Positions 41,723-51,829 of a stretch of DNA of 64,000 bases are shown here, in pieces. The DNA is taken from positions 192,902 to 256,901 of the forward strand of contig CBDCYR010000002.1 of the NCBI GenBank assembly GCA_965224275.1, in the 5' to 3' direction. Every line of letters starts with the position of its first letter. Positions within the stretch are counted from its first letter, which is position 1. This stretch comes from Alphaproteobacteria bacterium. GTDB lineage: Bacteria > Pseudomonadota > Alphaproteobacteria > SHVV01. A program made the position numbers and the translations under genes. The notes beneath the pieces are model-generated. The model made no database searches and was not told the DNA's origin. It worked only from the letters and a program-made list of their open reading frames with translations.

Positions 41723-42143
41723 GCCTGCCGAATGTCGCCCTTTGGCTTACGAATACCCCTTTTGGGTTACGCCCAACTAACGTGCAAACCTGGGTGTACT
41801 CCAGACTCTCTGTTAAAAAATGTCGGTTTAGGCGGCTGCCCTAATATAGAGCCGTTTTGTTCGGGCGACTGGTAGGGCAGTTCGTGACCCAAACGCAACA
41901 TGGCTGGATGGACGATGGCACCGCGGTCTCAACCGCACCGATGTCGAGGCCGTTACGCGTCCATGCCCCCGCCAGGAACAGATTCGCGAAGCCGGATTCG
42001 CCAGCCCGAAGACGAAAATGCGTGTTGCCCAGACCGATAATACGTAGCGGTTCGAGGGATCGTCGTCGATGCACCAATAATGTGCAACCAGACGCCGTTG
42101 CCTGGAACGCCGCTTGGGCCCACATATCTTGGTCTCAGGCGAG

Positions 42144-42767
42144 TTAGGAGTCGAAAACGCGACGAACGTGGTGGCTGAGTTCTTCGAGACGATACGGCTT
42201 TGAGATGAAGTTGACGTTTTCAGGATTGATGCCAAGTTTGTCGAACGTGGCATCGCTGTAGCCAGATGTGAACATCACCTTTAGCCCCACATGTTTTGCG
42301 GCAGCGATTTCGGCAAGGTCGGGCCCACTTATCCCGGCGGGCATAACGACATCGGTGAACAGCAGGTCGAAGTCTTCACTCTTCTCCAAGATGGCGACGG
42401 CTTCGGCACCGTCGGCTGCGGCGACGACCGTGTAGCCAAGGCCCGTTAGCAGATCGACCGATAACTCGCGAACGTCTGCGTCATCTTCGACAATGAGAAT
42501 CCGTTCACCTTCTCCCGATGCCTCCGAAAGTTTTTCGGTAGGCTGTTCAGCCGTCACTTCATCGCTAACCACGGGCAGATACACCTCGAACTTGGTTCCC
42601 TGGTCGCGATTGCTTCGGACGTTAAGAAAACCGCTTGATTGCGAAACGAACCCGTAAACCTGGCTGAGACCGAGCCCGGTTCCTTTGCCGACTTCCTTGG
42701 TCGTATAGAACGGATCGAAAATCCGGCTTAGGTCGTTCTCGGAGATCCCGGTTCCGGTATCTTCGAT
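42144..42767 (-). pseudogene. 3' fragment of a hybrid histidine kinase (HATPase_c tail + REC), separated by an IS1595-family insertion
   Basis: Host-derived sequence begins 'SIEDTGTGISENDLSRIFDPFYTTK...GTGLGLSQVYGF' and continues with REC 'ILIVEDDADV...LLFTDVVMPAG'. The upstream part of the listed ORF reads through the IS terminal repeat. Confidence 0.8.
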
Positions 42768-43806
42768 ACTGGGTATCCACTTCGCTCTCGTATCCCCTAC
42801 ATTTGGTTTCCGAGGCTGCGATGACCGCCGACTAGGCCCTTGTAGGGGACCGGCTCGTGCTGCACCGCCTGCTGGAGCAGTCGGAAGAAAAGCAGGCCAC
42901 GAGCCTGCGAACGGCGGCGATTGAATCGGAAAGTGAACTCGTCGAGATAGTAGTCGAGATGGTCGGCATCGATGGCACCATGGTGGATGCCCAGCCACCA
43001 GCGATCAAGCAGAGCGGCCACGCGATGCACTCGTGGCATGACGATGTGGGCCGGGTCGCCACTGGCGGAAATGGATCTCGGCTGGTGGTCATAGCCTTGG
43101 TTCGCCAGACCACTGTAGGCTGACCAGCCATCGGTTCGGACGGTCGCGCCAGGCGCCACGGTTGTTTGGACAAACGGGATCAGGCTCCTCGCAGCCACAT
43201 CCTCGACGCGGCTCATTCGGATCCGGCCAGTGCCCCGCCCTCGGACTTCCGCCGCAATCGCGACGATCGACTTGGTCTTCGTCTGTCGCCCCACGACGCC
43301 GGTTTCCCGGCCGCCCACATAGGTTTCGTCCACCTCGACCGCGCCGCCCAGGAGATCACGCCCCGGCCTCACCATGGCGCGCCGCAACTTGTGCAGCCAA
43401 GCCCAGGCGGTCTGATAACTGCCCAGGCCAAGAATGCGTTGCAGGCCGAGCGCACTGACCCCGTGCTTCTGGTTGGTCACGTACCACATCGCCTGGAACC
43501 AAAGGCGCAATGGCTTTCGAGTGCCCTCGAAGATCGTCCCCGCCGTCACCGATGTTTGACGCTGACACCGGTTGCATCGCAACTGACCCCGCGCCGTCGG
43601 CCAGGCGTCGGTTCCGCAGCAAGACGGGCATCGAAAACCTTCCGGCCAGCGAACACGCCCAAGAAACTCCGCACACGCCGTCTCCGACACGAACCACGCG
43701 TCGAATTCAGTCAGGGTGCGCGGGTAGTCGACCCCGCCTTCGGGATGGGATGCCGGGTTCGCCATCCCAACATATTGACATCACGAGAGCGAAGTGGATA
43801 CCCTAT
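42768..43806 (-). mobile_element. IS1595-family insertion sequence (1039 bp)
   Basis: Perfect 20-bp terminal inverted repeats 'GGGTATCCACTTCGCTCTCG' (42771-42790) and their reverse complement (43784-43803). An 8-bp target duplication 'TCTTCGAT' lies at 42760-42767 and 43807-43814. A single transposase ORF lies inside. Confidence 0.8.
42797..43765 (-). CDS. IS1595-family transposase (N-terminal zinc ribbon + DDE)
   Basis: 322 aa with 'CPSCCGTD...CNRCQRQ' and 'VEVDETYVGG'. Confidence 0.85.
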   Translation of the reverse strand: MANPASHPEGGVDYPRTLTEFDAWFVSETACAEFLGRVRWPEGFRCPSCCGTDAWPTARGQLRCNRCQRQTSVTAGTIFEGTRKPLRLWFQAMWYVTNQKHGVSALGLQRILGLGSYQTAWAWLHKLRRAMVRPGRDLLGGAVEVDETYVGGRETGVVGRQTKTKSIVAIAAEVRGRGTGRIRMSRVEDVAARSLIPFVQTTVAPGATVRTDGWSAYSGLANQGYDHQPRSISASGDPAHIVMPRVHRVAALLDRWWLGIHHGAIDADHLDYYLDEFTFRFNRRRSQARGLLFFRLLQQAVQHEPVPYKGLVGGHRSLGNQM

Positions 43807-44885
43807 TCTTCGATTTCCAACTTCACGAACTCGCCACGGGGTGGTTCGGCACCGAAGACCTTGGTGCTTCCATCTAGTTTGACCAGTCGGGTCGCGATGG
43901 TGAGACGGCCGCCATTCGGCATGGCGTCACGCGCGTTGACTGCGAGGTTGAGCAAGGCCGTCTCCAGGCCGCCAATATCGAGACGAGTTATGCATGGCTC
44001 ATCGGCAAAGCAAGCCTCGAATTCGATGTTCTCGCGCAGAGCTCTTTGCAGAATGTCCTGGGTCCGGGAGATCACCGTGTAGAGATTGACCACCTCGGAC
44101 TCTAGCGGTTTGCGCCGTGAAAATGCGAGAAGGCCGTTGGCCAATTCGGATCCACGCAACGTGGCTTTGACCGCCGTCTGCAATCTCTTGGCGACTTTGT
44201 CGCTCGCATCCTCGGCCAACAGTTCGAGATTGCCGAGGACGACGCCCAAAATATTGTTGATGTCGTGGGCAATGCCGCCAGTGAGCTTACCAAGGGCCTC
44301 CATCTTCTGGGCCTGGAGGAGATTCTCCTCCAACTCGGTTTGCACGGTGATGTCCTGAACGATCCCCTCGAGCCGGAGTGGTTGGTTGGACTCGTCACGG
44401 ATGATCCTCGCCTGCGAGTGAAGCACGCGCACCTGGCCGTCCTCAGCCTTGATGCGGAAGATCATATCGGCGGCGGGCTTCCCGGTTGCTAGTGCGTCAT
44501 CGATCGGGCGCGTCGCGGCTTGTCGTTCCTTCTCGTCAATCCGCCCCAGCAATACGTCGAGGGGGACCGAATCGGTTACCTCCGCAGATCCGAACAACAG
44601 AGAGGTTTGATTGAAGCAGCGAATGTCGTTCGAATCCGCGTCACGTTCCCATATGCCGAGCTTGGCAAGGTTTTGCGCCTCCGCGAGGCGAGCTTCGCTT
44701 GAGGCAAGTTCGTTGGTGCGCTCGCGCACCCGATCTTCGAGCGCATTACGCGACTCCTCGAGTGCTGCCTGCGTTTCCCGTCTTATCTCATTCTCGTGTT
44801 TCAGTTGGTCGTTGAGACGGATCAACGCCTCGCTGCGCGCTTGCAATTCTCCTGCTACGCGAAACGTTCGGCCGACAAAGAGATA
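43807..44885 (-). pseudogene. Central fragment of the same hybrid histidine kinase (TM remnant, coiled coil, PAS, HisKA, start of HATPase_c)
   Basis: '[31 protein letters not shown]' H-box and 'NLAVNARDAMPNGGRLTIA' N-box. The fragment ends 'VKLEIE' at the IS junction. Joining it to the 42767 fragment gives '...VKLEIEDTGTGIS...', a canonical HATPase_c. The listed ORF's first residues 'VNLIIA' are encoded by the terminal repeat of the second IS. Confidence 0.8.
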
Positions 44886-44946
44886 CGCGATTATTAAGTT
44901 GACATAAGAGGCGACACTCCCCATATGTTGGAAATAGGAGATCGCC

Positions 44947-45801
44947 ATGACCACGTTCTATCAATTCCAAAAGCAGTTTCCCGATGACGAAGCGTGCCTG
45001 CATCACTTGCTGGTGACGCGCTACGGTGGGACCGAGCTGGATTGCCCGAAGTGTGGCGCGTTCGGCAAGTTCTATCGCATGACGAAAGAGCGCGGCTACG
45101 TTTGCCAGCATTGCGGGCATCACCTGCACCCGACCGCCGGCACATTCATGCATCGGACGCGCCTGCCACTTCACAAATGGTTCTACGCGATGTTTCTGTT
45201 TTCGACTTCTCGTCATGGCGTGCCCGCGAAGGAACTGGAGCGGCATCTGGACATTTCCTATCCGACGGCTTGGCGCATGGCGCATGAGATTCGTAAGCAC
45301 ATGGCCGATACGGACGGGGAATGGCCACTGGACGGCGATATTGAAGCCGACGAAACCTATGTCGGCGGGCGCACAACTGGCGGGAAGCGCGGGCGCGGTG
45401 CTCCGAACAAGACCGTCGTATTCGGGATGCTGGAGCGTGGCGGCGACGTGATGGCAAACGTTATCCCGAATGTCCGTAAGCGCACCTTGCTTCCGATCGT
45501 TGCCGAGAATGTCGAGCAGGGCAGTACAATCCACACCGACGAACTTAGGTCCTACCGTGGCTTGGACCGGGCTGGCTTCAAGCATCGGACCGTGAACCAC
45601 AGCGCGGGTGAATATGTGAACCGGGGAAGCCACGTCAACTCGATTGAGGGCTTTTGGGCTCGTCTGAAGCTGTCGATCCGTGGGACGCACGTTCACGTTT
45701 CGGCGAAACACCTTCAGAAGTACGTGAAGGAGTTTGAGTATCGCTACAACCGCCGGAAGCGGCCCGAGACGATGTTCGGCGATCTGGTGGCCCGCTTCTG
45801 A
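44947..45801 (+). CDS. IS1595-family transposase (second, distinct copy)
   Basis: 284 aa with 'CPKCGAFGKF...CQHCGHH' zinc ribbon and 'IEADETYVGG'. Confidence 0.85.
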   Translation: MTTFYQFQKQFPDDEACLHHLLVTRYGGTELDCPKCGAFGKFYRMTKERGYVCQHCGHHLHPTAGTFMHRTRLPLHKWFYAMFLFSTSRHGVPAKELERHLDISYPTAWRMAHEIRKHMADTDGEWPLDGDIEADETYVGGRTTGGKRGRGAPNKTVVFGMLERGGDVMANVIPNVRKRTLLPIVAENVEQGSTIHTDELRSYRGLDRAGFKHRTVNHSAGEYVNRGSHVNSIEGFWARLKLSIRGTHVHVSAKHLQKYVKEFEYRYNRRKRPETMFGDLVARF

Positions 45802-45857
45802 GAGCACGGCGAAGAAGCGCGTCAAAGCGACGCCAAGCGATCACAGGCGGGTAGGTG

Positions 45858-46592
45858 TCATCCTTCATCCGGGTATTCCTTCTCCAACCTATAGAGCGCC
45901 CGTATCACCTCATCTGGGTCTTCGAGTTTCTCGGCCTCTCCGTAGAAATCCCACCACCAATCTTCGTCTTGATCACCGTTGAGTAGGCGATCCTTTTTCA
46001 GGGAGTAGGCAGCAAAGACCTCGCTTTCCGCTGTCTTGTGTGACGCGCTCCTAAAATCCCCATAAAGGTCGTCGACATCTATCTCCGTTGATGCCCTCAT
46101 GATGAGGCGGACTACGCGCCGCCCATTGCCAGGGTTAAGTTTTACGGCTTCTATATCATCGGGGACGCTTGCGGTTGGCTGTATCGAAGGCGGCGGTGTC
46201 GATGTTGTGCCGAAGTTGGGGCGTGCCCACATAAAGCCCCATTCCTCGTTCGACATTACCGCCCTTGCTCTTTTGATATCTCCTTGTTCCGCAGCGGAAA
46301 CAATAGGCGCAAGAAAAGCCCGCCATACATTCGGCCCCATCTTCTTCTCTGGATGAGGGATGTCAAGACGCCCAAGAATAGAGGATGCTCCTTCAATGGC
46401 TATCAAATGAATGTGCCTGTCGTATTTGGCGTCTGTGTAGTCAAAGTGTTGCCGTAGCGCCCGAGCATCGGCCCACAGCCCCACGAAGCTGAAAGGGCGG
46501 TACTTCCGCACACACTTCGGCATCATGCGCACCACGAAGGAGACCAATGGTGCAACCACGCCCGAGAGGCTGATCGGCACTTCAACAACCAT
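45858..46592 (-). CDS. Passenger ORF of the transporter-IS, unknown function
   Basis: 244 aa, with a possible later start at 'MMPKC'. Local GC is ~50-52% versus ~62% outside. It lies wholly within the inverted repeats. No recognisable catalytic or binding motif. C-terminal Trp cluster 'DQDEDWWWDFYGEAEKLEDPDE'. Confidence 0.6.
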   Translation of the reverse strand: MVVEVPISLSGVVAPLVSFVVRMMPKCVRKYRPFSFVGLWADARALRQHFDYTDAKYDRHIHLIAIEGASSILGRLDIPHPEKKMGPNVWRAFLAPIVSAAEQGDIKRARAVMSNEEWGFMWARPNFGTTSTPPPSIQPTASVPDDIEAVKLNPGNGRRVVRLIMRASTEIDVDDLYGDFRSASHKTAESEVFAAYSLKKDRLLNGDQDEDWWWDFYGEAEKLEDPDEVIRALYRLEKEYPDEG

Positions 46593-46639
46593 GCCAGCAG
46601 CGTATTGGTCGCATGGCTTATGTCAACTTGATAATCGCG

Positions 46640-47505
46640 AAGAGATATGAAAGGCCCGCGACCACCAGTAAAAGCAGAACAATCAATGGCGCGGTCGAAC
46701 GCAGAAAGTCCTGACCGGGAAGCATCGGCCGCCAAGTCAGTGTCGTGAGCTTGGTTCCACTGATGCCGTCGAGGCGGAGTGACGCGGTGGCGTCGGTTTG
46801 AGGGCTGTGGAAGCGAAGCCCGTTAAGCCCGTAGTTTGCCGCGAGCTTGGCGAGGAAGTCCGCGTCAACGCGTTTGAGCATGATCACAACAGCACGGTTG
46901 TCGATAGTTTGCTCAGCCTCGTCGTATGAAATGACACTCGCCGAGGCCAGGTGAACCGTTCCATCGAGCAGGAGAAACCCGGTCTTGGGCGTCGGTTGTC
47001 CCTTACCGTCGGACAGCCGTGCTTGCGACAGAAGCGCCTCCAAGCCGCGGCCAAATTTTCTCAGGTCAAAATCTAGCGCGTCTGTGCCATCGACCGACGC
47101 ATAGATAAGTTCGTTGTTGCCGGAAAGGACAACGCTCGTCGCAATGCCGAAATTGTCCGATAGATACGCGCCGAAATTGTGGGACGCCCACGATAGGTCG
47201 GGCTCGATGATGAGGTTCTGGATCGATTCGTCCCACCAGGTGTAGTCCAGGGTCAGCAGGCCCTGGTCGACTTCCATCTTCCGCAAGATCGATGTTGCGA
47301 GATTAACCGACGACGAAATCGCAATCTCATCTTGCTTCTTGGCAGCGACGAATAAGGTGAAGCCAATGGTCACAACCGTTATCAAGACCAGAAGGCCGAC
47401 CGGAATCAGCAGATTTCTTCGCGATTTCTCGACAAGATCTTTTGGTGAGACCAAGCCGCGGAGCGCGGTTAGAAATCCGTCGTTCACTGCTTCGCTGGCT
47501 GCCAT
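46640..47505 (-). pseudogene. N-terminal sensor fragment of the same hybrid kinase (TM - ~250-aa periplasmic domain, possibly CHASE4-like - TM)
   Basis: 'LLIPVGLLVLITVVTIGFTLFV' TM1 is followed by a periplasmic domain, then a second TM 'APLIVLLLLVVAGLSYLF'. This TM is cut by the transporter-IS. The tail 'AIIKLT*' is encoded by the IS terminal repeat. Joining it to the 44877 fragment restores '...GLSYLF|VGRTFRVAGELQ...'. Confidence 0.7.
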
Positions 47506-47884
47506 TTTATCCTACCTCTGGGCGAACGAATTCACATGCTAGTGGCGACTTTCTCTCGCACTCAGACCAAACTCGCAGTGACCGCAGTCACTGCCGCGCA
47601 TATTGGCCCGCATACATTGCCATCGGCGGACGCAGCCCAGCAATCAGGGTTAACGGCGGAATAGAACAGTGAATCCCCGACGCCATTGCTGCCTGTGATT
47701 CGGGTACACCCTTGTATCCTGGCCAGCAGGAAGGAATTCCGCCAAGTTTATACTCCTGCCGTATTCGGTATGAGGCCTGAATTATTTTTGGAACGTCCTT
47801 ATTTGATGCTGTGGACGGCTCTCCATCGTGGATGCAGCGTAGTGCTGCAACGAATGAAGGAGGAGATCTATGGAGCGGATCTAG

Positions 47885-48728
47885 ATGGTTGGGCTGGATA
47901 TCGCCAAGTCGGTGTTTCAAGTCCACGGCATTGGCGTTGAGGGCGAAGTTGTTGTTCGGCGGCGCCTGAGGCGTTCGCAGGTACTCCGTTTCTTCGAGAA
48001 GTTGGAACCGTGTCGCATCGGAATTGAAGCGTGCGCGACTGCTCACCACTGGGCGCGGGAGCTCGGTGCGATCGGGCACGACGTGAGACTGATACCGCCG
48101 AGCTATGTAAAACCCTACGTCAAGCGTCAGAAGAACGATGCGGCGGATGCGGAAGCGATCTGCGAGGCGGTAGGTCGGCCGAGCATGCGTTTTGTTCCAG
48201 TAAAGACAGTGGAGCAACAGAGCGCCATGGGTGCTGCATCGAACGCGCGTGCTGCTGATGCGCCAACGTCTCCGCTTATCGAATGCGATCCGAGGGCACT
48301 TGGCAGAGTACGGCGTCATCGCGCCGAAAGGGCGGAACGGCTTCCAGAAGCTGATTGAGTTGATCGCCGACGAGACCGATGAACGCGTGCCGCAGGTCGC
48401 TCGTATATGCCTTCGGATGCTGGTTGCGCAGTTCCAGGTCGTCAACACGCAGGCGTTGGAGACGGAACGCCGGATCAAGGCGGATGCGCGATCTACCGAG
48501 TGTGGTCGCCGACTGATGGAGGTTCCGGGTGTGGGTCCCATTCTTGCGAGCGCGCTCGTTGCGACCGTACCGGACCCTCATGTTTTTCGATCTGGAAGGA
48601 ACCTGTCGGCTTGGATCGGGCTGGTGCCGAGGCAGAACTCGAGCGCGCGCCGCACAGCCCGGCGCTCGTCCTCGCTCAGCCCGTGCAGAATCGGCAGCTC
48701 GAAAATCGCATCGGCTTGTGCTGATTGA
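47885..48728 (+). pseudogene. IS110-family transposase, frameshifted and 3'-degraded
   Basis: The N-terminal DEDD-type domain ('VGLDIAKSVFQVHG...RIGIEACATAHHWAREL...VKRQKNDAADAEAI') is separate from the C-terminal domain ('LHRTRVLLMRQRLRLSNAIRGHLAEYG...PGVGPILASALVA...WIGLVPRQ'). A frame switch near 48225 splits them. The conserved C-terminal end is missing. Confidence 0.7.
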
Positions 48729-48853
48729 CGGACGGACATCGGCGTGAATCTGTGACCACAGAGAACAAACTGCCGATCCTGAAGCAAACCCGCGTCTGGT
48801 GAAAGGCCTCCAGAGAGGAGGTCTGTGTTTGGCGGTCCGGGAAACCCGTTGAT

Positions 48854-49729
48854 CTATGCCGACGGCGGTAGCGCCAACCATTTCAGCGCCGTCACCGTCC
48901 AGGGGTCATCGGGATCGGCTTGCGCTTCATTGGCAGCGAAGTGATCGAGCCCGGGCCAGACGTATTGTTCAACCACGCCGGACTCCTGCTTCAGCGCCGC
49001 CACCAGCTTGCCCGACGACTCCTGCGCCAGCGCCAGGTCCTCGCCGCCCCATGCCACCAGGAACGGCGTCGTGTTGTCGGCGGTGAACAGAATTGGGCTG
49101 CAATCGGCAGCCTCGCCGTCGCTGCCAAAGCGGCCTTCATAGGATCGTTCGAGGACACTGCCGGGCGCGGCGTTTTCGCGCCGTACGTCGTAGGTGCCGC
49201 CGTTGGGGAAACACCCTTTGACCACGTCGGCCGGCATGCCGCGCAGGGTTGATAGATCGCGACGCAGGGCCAACATCGCGCAGAGGTTGGCGCCGGCTGA
49301 ATGGCCCGCGACGAAGATCCGGTTGGGGCTGCCGCCATAGTCGGCAACCCGGTCGTAGACCAGTTTCAGGGCGTCGAAGCAATCGTCGACCACCCGCGGC
49401 TGGGTCACGTTCGGCACCAGACGGTAGGAGAACGACACGAAGATGGCGGGAAGATCGAGAAACGGCGGTGCGATGAACCCCATCCATTCCTTGAAACCGT
49501 TGCGGAAAGCGCCACCGTGGATGTAGCACAGCACCGGCAGATCGCCGGCGCCGGTATCGTGCGGCAGGTAGAAGTCGACCTTTTGCCAATAGTCTTCGCC
49601 ATAGGGCACGTCCATCACTGTGGGATAACGCGCCGCAACCGCTTTCGAACCGGCCAGGATGCGGGTGGAGTAATCTTCGGCACCGGGCAGGAACATCGGC
49701 GGCATCTCAGGCATATCGTCGAACGACAT
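48854..49729 (-). CDS. Alpha/beta hydrolase fold-3 esterase/lipase (arylesterase/formamidase-like)
   Basis: 291 aa with 'HGGAF' oxyanion and 'GHSAGA' nucleophile motifs. Confidence 0.85.
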   Translation of the reverse strand: MSFDDMPEMPPMFLPGAEDYSTRILAGSKAVAARYPTVMDVPYGEDYWQKVDFYLPHDTGAGDLPVLCYIHGGAFRNGFKEWMGFIAPPFLDLPAIFVSFSYRLVPNVTQPRVVDDCFDALKLVYDRVADYGGSPNRIFVAGHSAGANLCAMLALRRDLSTLRGMPADVVKGCFPNGGTYDVRRENAAPGSVLERSYEGRFGSDGEAADCSPILFTADNTTPFLVAWGGEDLALAQESSGKLVAALKQESGVVEQYVWPGLDHFAANEAQADPDDPWTVTALKWLALPPSA

Positions 49730-49732
49730 CGC

Positions 49733-50614
49733 TTAAGCGCGTGCCGCGGTCTGAACCAGGTGCACCGAGCGTTGCGGGAACGGAATGCTGATCCCGTCCT
49801 GGTCGAAGCGTTCCTTGATCGCCTTGATCAGCGCGCACCGGGTCGACCAATAGTCGGCTCTGTTCGACCACGCGTGGATGATCAGGTTGACCGAGCTATC
49901 GGCCAGTTCGCCGACGACGATCGTCGGTTGCGGGTCATGCAACGCGTTGGGTTCAGCCTCGATCACCGCGCCCGCCGCAGCAATGGCACTGTCGATATCG
50001 TCCTCGTAAGCAATGCCGACAACCAGTTCGATCCGCCGCGTCGGGTGGACGCTGTAGTTCTTGACCGCGGCGCCCCATAGCTGGCCGTTGGGCGCGGTGA
50101 TCTGGACGTTGTCGGGGGTCGTCAATTCGGTGATGAACAGATTGATCGCACTGACCGTTCCCGCGAGCCCGGCAGCCTCGACATAATCGCCGATCTTGAA
50201 GGGCCGGAAGATAAGCAGCATGACGCCGGCGGCGACATTGCTCAGCGTTCCCTGCAGGGCCAGGCCGATCGCTAGACCAGCCGCACCAAGCACCGCCAGC
50301 AAACTAGCGGTTTCCACGCCGAACTGGTCGAGCACGGCGACGATGGTGACCGCAATGACGACGTAGCGCGCCAAACTGCCAAAGAAGCTCGTCAAGGTCG
50401 GATCGAAGCGCGGCACCCGTCCGAGTGCGCGATGCACCAACGCCTTGACCCGACCGGCAATGATCCAGCCGATGATTAGGGTAACCAGCGCACCCACCAC
50501 ATCGAGCCCATAGGTGGTGAGGATCGTTACCACTTGCCCCCACAGCTCGACGCCGCGACTGACCGAAATATCCATGTTCTCCTCCCAGGCGTAACCGTAC
50601 GAGTGCCGATGCAC
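49733..50614 (-). CDS. MscS-family mechanosensitive channel
   Basis: 293 aa: three TM helices, then the conserved beta-domain 'FRPFKIGDYVEAAGLAGTVSAINLFITELTTPDNVQITAPNGQL'. Confidence 0.85.
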   Translation of the reverse strand: MHRHSYGYAWEENMDISVSRGVELWGQVVTILTTYGLDVVGALVTLIIGWIIAGRVKALVHRALGRVPRFDPTLTSFFGSLARYVVIAVTIVAVLDQFGVETASLLAVLGAAGLAIGLALQGTLSNVAAGVMLLIFRPFKIGDYVEAAGLAGTVSAINLFITELTTPDNVQITAPNGQLWGAAVKNYSVHPTRRIELVVGIAYEDDIDSAIAAAGAVIEAEPNALHDPQPTIVVGELADSSVNLIIHAWSNRADYWSTRCALIKAIKERFDQDGISIPFPQRSVHLVQTAARA

Positions 50615-50759
50615 CCGATTATGGCTGCGAAATTGAACATAGGTGTGGGGTGGGGTCTACTCGTTTCGACCCTGATCGGCGCGATTTGTGTGAACCCGCG
50701 AGCGAACAAAGAAAAAGCGGCCCGAAGACCGCTTTTAACGACTACAAACTCTTGAATTG

Positions 50760-51484
50760 TTAGACGACTTTACGCCTCCGCCTGGCGATAAATCCGAGGC
50801 CCGCGAGGCCGCTCGCCAGCAGGAGTGCGGCCGGCGGTAGCGGTACGACAACATCCGGTGGCCAGGAATCGAGCGTGCAACTGTCGCTGCCACAGTCCGC
50901 GACATGGAGCGCGACCCGCGAATTTTGTCTGCTAAGCAGGGCGGCAACCAGCGCGCCCTCGGTGGTCCCTGATACGGTACTGAATACCACGGTCCAGGAT
51001 TCGCCCGTGCCCATTCCGTTGTTGTTCACATTCTTGCGGTCGTAGGCAAACAGATTGCCAGCCCAACCTGGTCCGGGCGGGCTTACACCGGGAGGACTTC
51101 CGGGACTTGGGGTGGTGTCTGGCACGAGATTGACGCCGCCGGTACCGTTGGTCGTGCTGATCTGGCTGTTGAGGAAAACATTCAGGCCGCTCTCAAAATA
51201 GATTTCCGCGACTTCGGGTCCTGACGTGGGATCGCTGGGGTCGGCGGCCGGTGCGAACGAGCTATTGGTGAATACAAATGTCGCGTTGCCCCCGGTACCC
51301 GCACGGTCACGTCGAGCAAGAGATTAAGACCCGGGAAAATATCGCCTTGAGGCGCACCGTCATCGGGCGTGTAGAGAGGGTTATCGGCAGCCACGACCTG
51401 AAGAAGTATCGGTGCTGCCTTCGCGGTCGACGCTGGTAGGGCAATGCAACAAGCCAAAACCGCGAGACCGACGAATTTAGCCAT
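50760..51484 (-). pseudogene. Second VPLPA-CTERM secreted protein, frameshifted at a G5 run
   Basis: The signal peptide 'MAKFVGLAVLACCIALPASTAKA' (ORF 51182..51532) and the C-terminal 'VVPLPPAALLLASGLAGLGFIARRRRK' (ORF 50760..51125) are in different frames. The switch maps to 'ccccc' at 51292-51296. Confidence 0.6.
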
Positions 51485-51829
51485 CTCTCTTGGTAGGGCA
51501 CTCAATAGACGTAGCCTAGCTTCAGCGACCATCTTTCATCTCCGCTCCGAGACAACCCAAGTTTCTTATTCCCTGCACAGCGACACAAAGCGCTGTCGCC
51601 ATTGCGTGCAATCTCTTCTTACCCGCTCTCCTTCGACATTCGTCAAAACATGCCTCGTTACAATCAACGGTTGATTGTCTGCTGATTTATTCTATCAATC
51701 TCTTGATATTCCACGATAATATTAGGGTCAATCGATGTCTGTGCCGACGGTGCAAAGGGGGTAAAAATTCGATCCGGGTCGAATCACCGAGCCCTTCGAA
51801 TCGGACAAACGTGTAAAGGGGCGTTATGT

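Larger units (their letters stand above)
44886..46639 (+). mobile_element. IS1595-family transporter-IS (1754 bp) carrying a passenger gene
   Basis: 23-bp terminal inverted repeats 'CGCGATTATTAAGTTGACATAAG' (44886-44908) and, at the other end (46617-46639), the reverse complement of 'CGCGATTATCAAGTTGACATAAG' (1 mismatch). An 8-bp target duplication 'AAGAGATA' sits at 44878-44885 and 46640-46647. The element contains the transposase on the plus strand and a 244-aa low-GC ORF on the minus strand. Confidence 0.8.

Noticed and set aside
47588-48541. 317-aa minus-strand ORF
   Set aside because: It is antisense to the IS110 transposase and has no protein-like features.
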